A stretch of DNA of 25,898 nucleotides. Origin: an uncultured bacterium (GTDB lineage Bacteria > Auribacterota > Erginobacteria > Erginobacterales > Erginobacteraceae). The DNA lies in the NCBI GenBank assembly GCA_937885075.1, contig CAKZYZ010000434.1, positions 1-25,898 of the forward strand, given 5' to 3'. Positions 8,555 to 16,699 of the stretch are shown piece by piece; position 1 is the first letter of the stretch, and each line of letters opens with the position of its first letter. The position numbers and the translations under genes are program-made. The notes beneath the pieces are model-generated. The model saw only the letters and a list, made by a program, of their open reading frames with translations, had not been told where the DNA came from and made no database searches.

Positions 8555-9109
8555 CTACTCTATTTTCGCCAACCCCGAAAAAACAGTGGTAATCGTTACC
8601 TCTTCTCCGGCCCGGAACTCCCTCTCGGGATCCACTGCCCGTGCTCTTAGATAGACGGTACTGCCGGTCCGGGGATCTTCGGATTTCACCTCCCCCGTCC
8701 CCCCCTTGAGGAGCGCGGAAGTTACCAACGCCTTCTTCCCCACCACCGACGTGCTGCTGGTCAGAGTATTGGCCTGCTGCTTATAGAGCAACTTGAGGAG
8801 TTGATAAACTATCGCGTAAACAATCACTCCGCCAATCAATCCTGATAAAATATGCGGAATCGGCCAGTGGAGACGGTAGGCCAGAAATCCCGCCAGTCCA
8901 AAGCCAATGATAAAACTGAATATCAATTTTATCCCGAGAAATCCCGGCCCACCGGCTTCGGAGATATCTCCCGCCTCCATCCCCCCCTCAACTTCAATAT
9001 CACCACCCCCCAGATCTCCCCCATCATCCCCGATCCCGAAGATAACCATAACCACCAGAAGCAGCGCCGGCAGAACAACCATCATCCCATAGATCCATTC
9101 AATTCCCAT
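8555..9109 (-). CDS. NfeD-like membrane protein (flotillin partner, YqiJ/YuaF-like)
   Basis: 184 aa; two TM segments separated by Gly/Asp-rich stretch; C-terminal OB-fold-like segment; AAGGAGGG RBS; directly upstream of the flotillin gene. Confidence 0.75.
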   Translation of the reverse strand: MGIEWIYGMMVVLPALLLVVMVIFGIGDDGGDLGGGDIEVEGGMEAGDISEAGGPGFLGIKLIFSFIIGFGLAGFLAYRLHWPIPHILSGLIGGVIVYAIVYQLLKLLYKQQANTLTSSTSVVGKKALVTSALLKGGTGEVKSEDPRTGSTVYLRARAVDPEREFRAGEEVTITTVFSGLAKIE

Positions 9110-9168
9110 CTTATCCCTCCTTATTTTTCTTTGGAGAAAAAAACTAAAATAAGATAATACCGAAAATA

Positions 9169-9196
9169 ATTATACTTCAGGTATCGAAAAAATCAA
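9169..9196 (-). promoter_or_regulatory. Sigma70-type promoter for the nfeD-flotillin operon
   Basis: Minus strand TTGATT-N16-TATAAT (-35 = 9191-9196, -10 = 9169-9174), about 50 nt upstream of AAGGAGGG and ATG 9109. Confidence 0.6.
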
Positions 9197-9457
9197 ATAT
9201 TATTAATTACTGTATGACCACCGCTAACGAATGGGGTGAAATTTGCGGTTTAACTACGGGGCCCAGGCAAGGGAATTTTTGCGAATTTTGCGCCTTTCTT
9301 GACCCGCCATCATGTCCGCCATAGCACGGAGTGCGAAGGAGGAAGCTCGAAGAGCGACGGCTGGTTTGCGGCTAATAAAGAAACCGAGGCGGGGTGAACA
9401 ATTAGTGTAAATTCGTGTAATTCGTGGACTGCGAAGGGGCCGAGGCCGGGCAATAAA

Positions 9458-10936
9458 TTAATATGAATTCGTGGACTGCGAAAAAGCTGAATCCGGCTTG
9501 AATACAAAATCCACCACGATGGGATAATGATCGCTGAGGGTCGGACTGTCATCCCGCCGCAATCCATAATCGGAGAGCTCACTCCTTTTCATGGTCTCGG
9601 TGCAGAGGATATATGACCGGACCGGCGTGATCACCGAATCGGTATAAATAACCAGGTCCATCCGGCCGGGTCCGAAACCTTTTCTCTGACTGGACTGCCA
9701 GGTGTAGGATTCCGGCGCACCGTTATGATAGGGGAAAAGATCGGTGAGAGCGGTTCCGTCCCAGTCCGGGCCTTTACCGCCTCCATGCAATAACATATCA
9801 AGCTGCCGGGACTCCCCCACCAGGTTATAATCTCCGATAATCACGATCGGAGTGCCGGGAGGAATGTCTGATTTCCCGGAGTCCTGTTTCACCCCGGCGA
9901 TAAACCTGATGATATCCTTCGCCTCCTTCCAGCGCCCGGCGTCATTCCCGCCGAAGGGGAGATGGACATTGATCACCAGAAGATCCCGGGGGAATGTTTC
10001 ATCGGGCAGATCAAAAAGGGTGGCAATATTTCCATCGATCGCACTGCTTTTTTTAATCGGGTAGCGCCCGGCCGTAACCACATCTTTCTTCCGGGAGGTC
10101 CGCCACTCCCCCCCCAGGATCTCGGTTAATATCTCCCGGACCTCCTCCTCCGAGTGACTCCCTACCTCCTGAAAAGTGATAATATCCGGCCGGATGATCT
10201 TCAAAATCTTGCTCAGCACCCATTTCTCTTTGAAGAGGTTATCCCAGAGGGTATTGTAAGTAGCCATCCGGATCGTTTCGGGGGCTTCTCTTTTCAGGGG
10301 AATCTCTTTATAATCAGGCGCTCTCTCGTCTTTGAGGAGATAGACCGAACCGGCCCCCGGGTCCGGAGCGATATCCCCGGATGAACTCCCTTCATCCCGG
10401 AGTACCCAGCGGAGCTCTTTTCCCGGGAAGAGGGTCGATCGGATACTTTCCCCGGGCGGAGCGACGAATTCTATCTCAAAATCCGATGAAGTAACAGTGG
10501 GCGCGGTTACCAGACCCAGTTCGTAAGCGTTAACCGGATTATCATCACCGCCAGCATAGAGACGGCCGGACCGCTGACCGAAACGCCATAGTAGATCGGC
10601 CCCGATCCCGTTAACCGAACGGCCGGTTGACGCGTCATTATCCGTATCCAGGTAGAGGACCAGATTATTACCGGACTGAAGCGATATCTCTTCCCCCAGT
10701 TCGAACCGGATAAATAAGCGTTTATCGTTATTGCTGAGCCAGACCCGGCCGATATCGATCCCGTCACCATCCCCGGTCTGATCGGAATAGGCCGGAGAAA
10801 TACCCGACCAGTCATCAAACCGCCCATCCGCCCGGATATCCCGTGAAGATGATCCTCGGATACACCCGGAAAAGATCATAACTCCCAGGAGGCAAATAGT
10901 AAGAATATATTGCTTCAACACAATCATAATGGTCAT
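9458..10936 (-). CDS. Secreted/lipoprotein endonuclease-exonuclease-phosphatase (EEP) family hydrolase with N-terminal beta-rich domain
   Basis: EEP motifs (ATYNTLW, ITFQEV, LSDHYPIVVDF); signal peptide with possible lipobox (IFSGC). ORF table start 10969 is TTG; I prefer the in-frame ATG at 10936 (MTIMIV...). C-terminal 5 codons overlap a repeated 16-mer. Confidence 0.65.
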   Translation of the reverse strand: MTIMIVLKQYILTICLLGVMIFSGCIRGSSSRDIRADGRFDDWSGISPAYSDQTGDGDGIDIGRVWLSNNDKRLFIRFELGEEISLQSGNNLVLYLDTDNDASTGRSVNGIGADLLWRFGQRSGRLYAGGDDNPVNAYELGLVTAPTVTSSDFEIEFVAPPGESIRSTLFPGKELRWVLRDEGSSSGDIAPDPGAGSVYLLKDERAPDYKEIPLKREAPETIRMATYNTLWDNLFKEKWVLSKILKIIRPDIITFQEVGSHSEEEVREILTEILGGEWRTSRKKDVVTAGRYPIKKSSAIDGNIATLFDLPDETFPRDLLVINVHLPFGGNDAGRWKEAKDIIRFIAGVKQDSGKSDIPPGTPIVIIGDYNLVGESRQLDMLLHGGGKGPDWDGTALTDLFPYHNGAPESYTWQSSQRKGFGPGRMDLVIYTDSVITPVRSYILCTETMKRSELSDYGLRRDDSPTLSDHYPIVVDFVFKPDSAFSQSTNSY

Positions 10937-10986
10937 TGTTAAAAACAGAACATAGCGCCTTCGGCCCAACCTCGTAGTGCAGGACT

Positions 10987-11056
10987 TCAGTCCTGCCCAA
11001 CGAAGGCAGGACTGAAGTCCTGTACTACGAGCTTATTGAAATTCCGAAACAGTAAA
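10987..11056. repeat. Family B-related element: 27-bp-stem perfect-ish hairpin + B tail (cttattgaaattccgaaacagtaaatt)
   Basis: ctcgtagtgcaggacttcagtcctgcc caacgaa ggcaggactgaagtcctgtactacgag (1 mismatch), then the B-family tail. Confidence 0.75.
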
Positions 11057-11083
11057 TTAGCGAACGAAGTGAGCTAATTTATT
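11057..11083. repeat. Family E hairpin overlapping the PPC gene stop
   Basis: aaattagcgaacgaagtgagctaattt. Confidence 0.65.
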
Positions 11084-11498
11084 GCCAGAGCGAAAGCCCG
11101 GTAGTCTCGTCATAACCCCGTTTAAGAGATTCGCCTTTAAACTCGGCAATCCGGCATTCGGCGGCAAAGATGATCGTCCCGGCACAGAGATGCCCTCCCA
11201 TGACCCGCCCTTCACGGTCCGCCAGGGTAACATGAGCGTGGACAAATATCTCCCCATCTTTCAGCGAGATATTCCCCAGACAGGAAGTAATCTCCATCGG
11301 TTCCTCAATGTCCTGCTCCCGGTACTCCCGGGCACTCTGGTCGTAATATCCGATCCGGGCTCTTTGAACCGCTCCGATTGCCATAATCGTACCGGTAGAG
11401 ATTTTCTCTCTTCGGGCCAGATCGGTAATCGCCTCCAGCAGGTCCGAATTGTGGGGAAGCCCGGTTAGTATTATCTTTCCTGTTTCATATTCTGTCAT
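11079..11498 (-). CDS. PPC (DUF296) domain protein, putative DNA-binding
   Basis: 139 aa; PPC/DUF296-like sequence as recalled; AAGGAG RBS 9 nt upstream; stop formed at edge of an E-type hairpin. Confidence 0.65.
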   Translation of the reverse strand: MTEYETGKIILTGLPHNSDLLEAITDLARREKISTGTIMAIGAVQRARIGYYDQSAREYREQDIEEPMEITSCLGNISLKDGEIFVHAHVTLADREGRVMGGHLCAGTIIFAAECRIAEFKGESLKRGYDETTGLSLWQ

Positions 11499-11520
11499 TC
11501 TATCATTCTCCTTTTGGAAA

Positions 11521-11740
11521 AGTTGAAAGTGCCTTTTGAAAAAGTTGAAAGTGCCTAAAGTGCGTTTGAAAGAAGTGCCTTAAGTGCCTAAAGTGCCTTA
11601 AGTTGAAAGTTGTCGCGTTCGCCTGGCTTTTCTATCGCCCTCATCACGGCGCCTAGCATCGAGGTCCAAAGCGACAACTTTAGGCACTTATTCATCCGCC
11701 ATAGCTTTAGCGACGGAGGAAGCGCACTTTAGGCACTTAT
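11521..11740. repeat. Repeat family F: 9-bp-periodic [T/A]AAGTGCC array; 11-bp inverted repeat (aaagttgtcgc/gcgacaacttt) flanking a 53-bp core; two inverted CTTTAGGCACTTAT copies
   Basis: GTGCC at 11529, 11551, 11575, 11584, 11593; GGCAC at 11683 and 11732; IR at 11606-11616 and 11670-11680. Confidence 0.75.
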
Positions 11741-12880
11741 AACTTCCCTTCCTCCCCTCCCCCCTCCCCACGGCTCGAACGATTCACCTTTTAAGGCCGC
11801 CACAATCCGGGATGCGGCTTTCCCATCCCCGTAAGGATTTTGAGCCCGGGCCATCCGGTCATATTCCTCAGCATCATAGAGGAGCTTATCGAGACCAGCT
11901 TCTATCCTCCCGCGATGCGGTCCGACCAGCAGACAGGTCCCGGCCTCAACTCCCTCCGGACGCTCGGTTAGATCCCGGAGTACCAGAACCGGCTTGCCCA
12001 GAGCCGGTCCCTCTTCCTGGACACCGCCGGAATCGGAGAGAAGAAGCTTCGCGCCTTTCATGGCATGGCTGAAGGCGATATAATCCAGCGGTCCGCTCAG
12101 AACAATATTAGGTTTCCCCGCTAAGATCTCATGAGCAGGCTGAGAGACCTCAGGATTGGGATGGACCGGGTACCAGAGATATATCTCCCGATGGAGGGAA
12201 AGATAATCCCGGACTGTCTCAAATACCTCCCGGATCGGCCTACCGAATATCTCCCGCCGGTGACAGGTCATCAGGACATACGGTTGATCTGCAGGAACCG
12301 GGACAGGAGGCGGATCAGTCCGATTAAGAATATCAAAGAGCGAGTCAATTACGGTATTACCGGTTATAAAGACTGCCCCGCGGGATACCCCTTCCCGGAG
12401 GAGATTTTCGGCGGCGCTTTTGGTCGGAGCAAAGTTGTATTCAGCGGCCAATCCCGCGATCTTCCGATTAAACTCTTCCGGAAACGGAGCGGAGAGGTCT
12501 CCGGTCCGCAGGCCGGCCTCAATATGACCAAAAGAAACCTGGTTGTGAAAACAAGCGATAGATACCGCCATCACCGTGGTGGTATCGCCCTGGGCCAGTA
12601 CAATATCAACCGGATTGTCAGTAAGATATTCATTCACCCCGATCAGTACCCTCCCGGCCAGGGTATTTAAGCTCTGCCCGGGTCGCATCAAATCAAGATC
12701 AACATCAGGGACGATAGAGAAGACCTCCAGTATCTGGTCGAGCATATCCCGGTGCTGGGCCGTCGCCAGAACCCGGACCCGGAAAGTATCGGCCTCAGCC
12801 CGCAGAGCGGCGATAACCGGAGCGACCTTAATCGCTTCCGGGCGGGTCCCTACTACGCAGAGTATATCCTTAATTGTCAT
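11729..12880 (-). CDS. wecB: UDP-N-acetylglucosamine 2-epimerase (non-hydrolysing)
   Basis: VVGTRPEAIKVAP N-terminal motif and overall WecB/MnaA layout. Table start 12886 is GTG; the ATG at 12880 gives the typical N-terminus. About 20 extra C-terminal residues (GGGRGGR...) are encoded by a C-rich tract that runs into repeat F. Confidence 0.88.
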   Translation of the reverse strand: MTIKDILCVVGTRPEAIKVAPVIAALRAEADTFRVRVLATAQHRDMLDQILEVFSIVPDVDLDLMRPGQSLNTLAGRVLIGVNEYLTDNPVDIVLAQGDTTTVMAVSIACFHNQVSFGHIEAGLRTGDLSAPFPEEFNRKIAGLAAEYNFAPTKSAAENLLREGVSRGAVFITGNTVIDSLFDILNRTDPPPVPVPADQPYVLMTCHRREIFGRPIREVFETVRDYLSLHREIYLWYPVHPNPEVSQPAHEILAGKPNIVLSGPLDYIAFSHAMKGAKLLLSDSGGVQEEGPALGKPVLVLRDLTERPEGVEAGTCLLVGPHRGRIEAGLDKLLYDAEEYDRMARAQNPYGDGKAASRIVAALKGESFEPWGGGRGGREVISA

Positions 12881-12886
12881 TAGCAC

Positions 12887-12995
12887 ATAGCCCTCGCCTT
12901 ACTCGGGCAACTTTCCCTCTGAGGAAAGCAGGAAATCAGGAGAATTTAAAATACTCTCTCCTCCTGCCTTCCTGCTTTCCTTAGGTGTTATTGTC
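12887..12995. repeat. Repeat family B copy (with 'tagccctcg...cgggcaacttt' head; tail diverged)
   Basis: Alignment to 21862-21992 and 3882-3990; the head contributes the putative wecB RBS. Confidence 0.8.
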
Positions 12996-13017
12996 CCGGT
13001 AATATCAATTAAGACAA

Positions 13018-13041
13018 CCGGGATCCCGAAGAATTTCGGGG
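13018..13041. repeat. Family G: CGGGATCCCG palindrome + CCCGAAG-N-TTCGGG hairpin
   Basis: ccgggatcccgaagaatttcgggg; related copy at 22117-22152. Confidence 0.65.
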
Positions 13042-13078
13042 AAATTCCGGAATAGGAACTTGCACCTTCTATTCAGGT

Positions 13079-13131
13079 GTCGTTATCGGACGGATCGGTC
13101 GGATCCGACCGATCCGTCCGATAACAATAAC
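13079..13131. repeat. Repeat family C: perfect 44-bp palindrome with imperfect extension
   Basis: gttatcggacggatcggtcggatcc|gaccgatccgtccgataac; 3' of the amidohydrolase gene (minus). Confidence 0.9.
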
Positions 13132-13155
13132 GCCCCGCCTTGTTAACCGCGCGTC

Positions 13156-13197
13156 GCTTGCCGCTTACTGCTTACCGCTTACCGCTTACTGCTTACC
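13156..13197. repeat. 7-bp tandem microsatellite (GCTTACY) x6
   Basis: gcttgcc gcttact gcttacc gcttacc gcttact gcttacc; immediately 3' of the amidohydrolase stop. Confidence 0.85.
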
Positions 13198-13204
13198 GAT
13201 CACC

Positions 13205-14683
13205 CTACTCCTGCCTGGCGCCTGTCGCCTTAATCTCCTGATGGCTCTCCCGGTACTCGGTTAGAAGTTCGGAGAGTTTCATAATATCACCCTTGATCTT
13301 CTCCTCGTCCAGGGTGACAAACCGATAATCATCCTTCAGTATATTTCCGTTGGCGATAACCCAGCGGACTTCACTCCCGTCGGAGGCCCAGATCAGGTTC
13401 TCCACCACATTATCGATCCGGGTCGGGGTAAGGTTCGGCCGGCGGAGGTCGATCAGAATCAGGTCGGCGTCCTTACCCGCCGAGAGTGAACCGGCATTAA
13501 GCCGAAGCATCTTTGCCGGAACCACCGTCACCATCTCCAGAACCTGCTGTGCGGGGAGGGCGTGAGCATCCTTATGGAAAGCTTTCTGATATTGGGATGC
13601 CATCCTGGCCGCGCCTAACATATTCTGACTGTCAGCGGAGCCGGAACCATCGGTGGAGATGGCGACCGGGATCCCCAACTCCAGCATCTCCATCACCGGC
13701 GGCATACCAGATCCGAGTATGGTGTTGGCCAGGGGGTTATGCACTATGCTGGTTCCGGTCTCTTTCAGGACCACCAAGTCAACATCGGTGTTATTTACCT
13801 GGTGAGCCAGAATAGTATTCTCATCCAGCGCGCCGGCCTGATTCAGATATTCGACCGGACTGCAAAGATACTGGGAGTAGAACCAGGCCGTCGTGCCTGG
13901 CTCCTCAGAGCTGTGCATATGAAAGAGCGTGCCGTGGGCATTCGCCCAATCTTTGAGCACCTTGATCATCTCAGCGCTGTTGGAGAAGACCTGATCCGGC
14001 CCCGGAAGGATCCAGGTCCGTTCCCGATCCCCGAACTCGGCGGTATAGTCATCCAGCCTTTTCACCGCTTCTTCAGGAGTATCCAGGATACGGGGATCGT
14101 AGTTCCGGTCCTGTCCGCCGACAGCAATCATGATCTTGGTCCCGGCTTCCGCGTTCGCCTCCACCAGTTCCGCCACGTGGTACTTATTAAAATTACAGTG
14201 GTGGGTCAGGGCGGAGGTGATCCCATAATAGATGTCATCCAGCTTGGCCTTGGTATAGGTGATCAGGTTGGCGGAGACCCCGAACTCAGCGGTCAGTTCA
14301 TCCTTATTCTCATTCAAAAACCCGGTGAAGACATTGACCGCGTGGTCGAGCCAGTCGGTCAGGGGTTCGTCCTTGGCGATCCCGATTATCGGAGACTCAT
14401 GATCGTGTCCGTGCGCCTTGATAAATCCGGGGAGTACCACCCCATCCAGGCAGGGGATATCTCCCTCGACCAAGCCTCCTTCTTTCTCCAGACCGATAAC
14501 CTGGAGATCGTCTCCGCATTCCCGGATAATTCTCTCCCCGATCCCGGATTCATACTTCCCGACTTCCTTGATCAGACTCCCCTCGGTCAGAACATACCCA
14601 TCCTCAATCCGGGTCGAAAGACCCAACTTCTCATCCATCGGTAACAGCAGACGGCTCCGGACAAGTTTAAACTTCTTTTTCAT
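13205..14683 (-). CDS. Amidohydrolase-superfamily metal-dependent hydrolase (chlorohydrolase/deaminase-like)
   Basis: 492 aa; HxH-type motif (AHGHDHE) and overall amidohydrolase layout; GGAG RBS; hairpin E directly 5' of RBS. Confidence 0.7.
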   Translation of the reverse strand: MKKKFKLVRSRLLLPMDEKLGLSTRIEDGYVLTEGSLIKEVGKYESGIGERIIRECGDDLQVIGLEKEGGLVEGDIPCLDGVVLPGFIKAHGHDHESPIIGIAKDEPLTDWLDHAVNVFTGFLNENKDELTAEFGVSANLITYTKAKLDDIYYGITSALTHHCNFNKYHVAELVEANAEAGTKIMIAVGGQDRNYDPRILDTPEEAVKRLDDYTAEFGDRERTWILPGPDQVFSNSAEMIKVLKDWANAHGTLFHMHSSEEPGTTAWFYSQYLCSPVEYLNQAGALDENTILAHQVNNTDVDLVVLKETGTSIVHNPLANTILGSGMPPVMEMLELGIPVAISTDGSGSADSQNMLGAARMASQYQKAFHKDAHALPAQQVLEMVTVVPAKMLRLNAGSLSAGKDADLILIDLRRPNLTPTRIDNVVENLIWASDGSEVRWVIANGNILKDDYRFVTLDEEKIKGDIMKLSELLTEYRESHQEIKATGARQE

Positions 14684-14696
14684 ATTTTCTCCTTAT

Positions 14697-14730
14697 AAAT
14701 CAGCGGGTTCTAGCTGATTTAGTTTTGAAC
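14697..14730. repeat. Family E hairpin with compensatory stem change + 'agttttgaac', 5' of amidohydrolase RBS
   Basis: aaatCagcgggttctagctGatttagttttgaac; the T->C / A->G change preserves pairing relative to copy 8396. Confidence 0.75.
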
Positions 14731-14897
14731 CAAGTCCAACATAATTATGTCAGAACAGTGCCAATAGTTATTTTAATAATTCCGGCGATACTTTTATTCG
14801 CCTTATGACCGCAAAAACAATGCTACATAAATACCTTAATATATTCAATAGTTTGTTGCCGCTTTCTTCGGGCAAACGGATAAATCGAAAAAATTTA

Positions 14898-14926
14898 TTC
14901 ACTTGATTTCCCCACCGGCTTATAGT
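14898..14926 (+). promoter_or_regulatory. Candidate sigma70 promoter for the FG-GAP/yjbQ unit
   Basis: TTCACT-N17-TATAGT; implies an about 110-nt leader. Confidence 0.4.
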
Positions 14927-15044
14927 ATTTTTAACATACTCATACCGTATAGAGCCTTCAGATTACGGAAGAGGAGATCAGGTAACGAAATTTATCATAG
15001 CTATCAGGGATCTATACCTTCCCTGAACTAAAATGGAGAAAAAT

Positions 15045-16115
15045 ATGAAGAAAGCTGTTTTCGCCGTCGCCGGCGCCGTCTTCTTGCTTCTATCGGGAAC
15101 CGTCCTTTTGGCCGATAACTTTTCCGGGAGTGATGATTTCAATGATAATAATATTAATCTAAGTAAGTGGGATGATACCATGGGAGGCTTTGGTGATTTA
15201 ACCGAGGCAAATCAGCTCTTGGAACTGGATCTTGACGGGGGCGGCTCCTCCCCGCAGGGGCATCTTCCCTGGAAATTAAACTACGGATCATATACCCAGG
15301 ATTGGGAAGTATATTATGATATTAATGTCCCAACCTTCACTCAATTTTCCGGAGATGAAGCCTCCTCGATGAGCATATTTATCTATGCCCTGCCGATGGG
15401 AACCGGTGGCTATATCGGTATGACCCTGGGACAGGAAACCGGCAGCAGCCCCTCCCGGAAATTTATGGCGAACATGTCCACCCTCTCTGATACTACTGAA
15501 GCTGAAATCATGACCACATCCACCGAATCTTCCGTGAGAATTCACTGGGACGCCTCCAGCACCACGCTTTATTGTGACTATGATTCCGATGGGGGGAGTG
15601 ACAGCTGGACCAATCTGAAGTCCTGGAACATCGCCCCCGGCCAACCATATTCCTGGAATATGACAACTGGAAGCACTTTTATTTGCTTTTTGATCGGGCA
15701 AGCGGAAATAACTCATGGGGGGGAGACTAACCCCTCCGGAGATAATTTTGTAGCCAACAGCACACCGCCGACCGCGCCTCTGGCGATTTTCCGGCCCGGC
15801 AGCGGGCTCTGGGCCCTCCGGAACATTACCCGGGCTTACTTCGGCGGGTCCAGTGATATCCCGGTTTACTCCGACTATGACGGCGACGGGACCAAGGATA
15901 TCGCGATCTTCCGGGGTTCTACCGGGCTCTGGGCGCTCCGGGGGATAACCCGGGCCTACTTCGGGGGCGGCTCCGATGAACCCATACCGGGCGATTACAA
16001 CGATGACGGCAGCGCCGATATCGCGATCTTCCGGGAATCCACCGGACTCTGGGCGGTCCGCGGACTGACCCGGGGTTACTTCGGCGCCACCGGAGATATT
16101 CCTCTGGAGCCATAA
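15045..16115 (+). CDS. Secreted protein: degenerate concanavalin-like/GH16-like N-terminal domain plus 3 FG-GAP/VCBS-type repeats
   Basis: Signal peptide MKKAVFAVAGAVFLLLSGTVLLA; 'DDFNDNNINLSKW' and 'ELDLDG' resemble the GH16/ConA-like fold but lack ExDxxE; three about 40-aa tandem repeats (DYDGDGxxDIAIFRxSTGLWA-R). Table start 15033; ATG at 15045 has GGAG at -6. Confidence 0.7.
   Translation: MKKAVFAVAGAVFLLLSGTVLLADNFSGSDDFNDNNINLSKWDDTMGGFGDLTEANQLLELDLDGGGSSPQGHLPWKLNYGSYTQDWEVYYDINVPTFTQFSGDEASSMSIFIYALPMGTGGYIGMTLGQETGSSPSRKFMANMSTLSDTTEAEIMTTSTESSVRIHWDASSTTLYCDYDSDGGSDSWTNLKSWNIAPGQPYSWNMTTGSTFICFLIGQAEITHGGETNPSGDNFVANSTPPTAPLAIFRPGSGLWALRNITRAYFGGSSDIPVYSDYDGDGTKDIAIFRGSTGLWALRGITRAYFGGGSDEPIPGDYNDDGSADIAIFRESTGLWAVRGLTRGYFGATGDIPLEP
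15757..16112 (+). repeat. Intragenic ~120-nt coding tandem repeat x3 (FG-GAP modules)
   Basis: ctctgggc(g/c)ctccgg...acccgggc(c/t)tacttcgg...gatatcgcgatcttccgg recurs three times. Confidence 0.8.
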
Positions 16116-16156
16116 ATAAAATCTATTTGAGAAATCTATCCTCTTTTTAAAAACTG

Positions 16157-16573
16157 ATGAAAACTATTACCGAACATCTCTGGTTTAACGCCCCTACCCG
16201 GCGGGCTTTTATCAACATCACTCCCCGGGTCGAGGCGCTGGTGAGGGAATCAGGTATTCGGGAAGGATTATGCCTGGTCAACGCCATGCATATCACCTCT
16301 TCGGTCTTCATCAACGACGATGAATCCGGCCTCCACCAGGACTTCGAACTCTGGCTGGAGAAGCTTGCCCCGGAGAAGCCCCACTCCCAGTACCGACACA
16401 ACGGATTCGAGGATAACGCCGACGCCCATCTCAAGCGCCAGATCATGGGGCGAGAGGTGGTGGTGGCGATCACGGAGGGGAAGCTCGACTTCGGCCCCTG
16501 GGAACAGATCTTCTACGGCGAATTTGACGGGAAACGAAAAAAACGGGTCCTGGTCAAGATCATCGGTGAATAA
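16157..16573 (+). CDS. yjbQ: YjbQ/UPF0047 family (secondary thiamine-phosphate synthase-like) protein
   Basis: 138 aa with characteristic YjbQ sequence; followed immediately by a 10-bp-stem hairpin plus T-run. Confidence 0.85.
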   Translation: MKTITEHLWFNAPTRRAFINITPRVEALVRESGIREGLCLVNAMHITSSVFINDDESGLHQDFELWLEKLAPEKPHSQYRHNGFEDNADAHLKRQIMGREVVVAITEGKLDFGPWEQIFYGEFDGKRKKRVLVKIIGE

Positions 16574-16596
16574 ATAATTCCCGGGGGGAATTATTT
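16574..16596 (+). terminator. Hairpin (10-bp perfect stem aataattccc/gggaattatt) + T-rich tail immediately after the yjbQ stop
   Basis: Read directly from the sequence. Confidence 0.5.
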
Positions 16597-16633
16597 ATTT
16601 CTTGAACTTATTTTATCGCGTACAGTTGGAATG

Positions 16634-16676
16634 AAACAGGCTTGGCCGCTAAAGCGGCCAGGCCTGTTTTTGCGTT
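16634..16676. terminator. Strong GC hairpin (16-bp stem, 1 G-T wobble) + TTTTT; bidirectional terminator between convergent yjbQ (+) and the BMP transporter operon (-)
   Basis: aaacaggcttggccgc taaa gcggccaggcctgttttt. Confidence 0.7.
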
Positions 16677-16699
16677 TATCTCCGGGAGATTATCCCGAA

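Noticed and set aside
9310-9582. ORF 9310..9582 (-), 90 aa, and a 31-aa (+) ORF starting at the ATG at 9313 in the nfeD/EEP intergenic region
   Set aside because: The first overlaps the 3' end of the EEP gene out of frame and is low-complexity. The second has no RBS or conservation signal. The region is better explained by repeats (attcgtggactgcgaa x2) and the nfeD promoter.
11521-11600. Possible CRISPR array (regularly spaced short repeats), also at 75-101 and 5075-5120
   Set aside because: Repeat units are only 9-16 bp with 0-7 bp 'spacers', at most 5 units, and no cas genes. They fit binding-site or iteron arrays or REP components, not CRISPR.
11765-11790. tRNA T-arm-like 'ggctcgaacgattc'
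   Set aside because: It lies inside the wecB reading frame. No acceptor/anticodon stem complement around it. No other tRNA-like features anywhere in the window.
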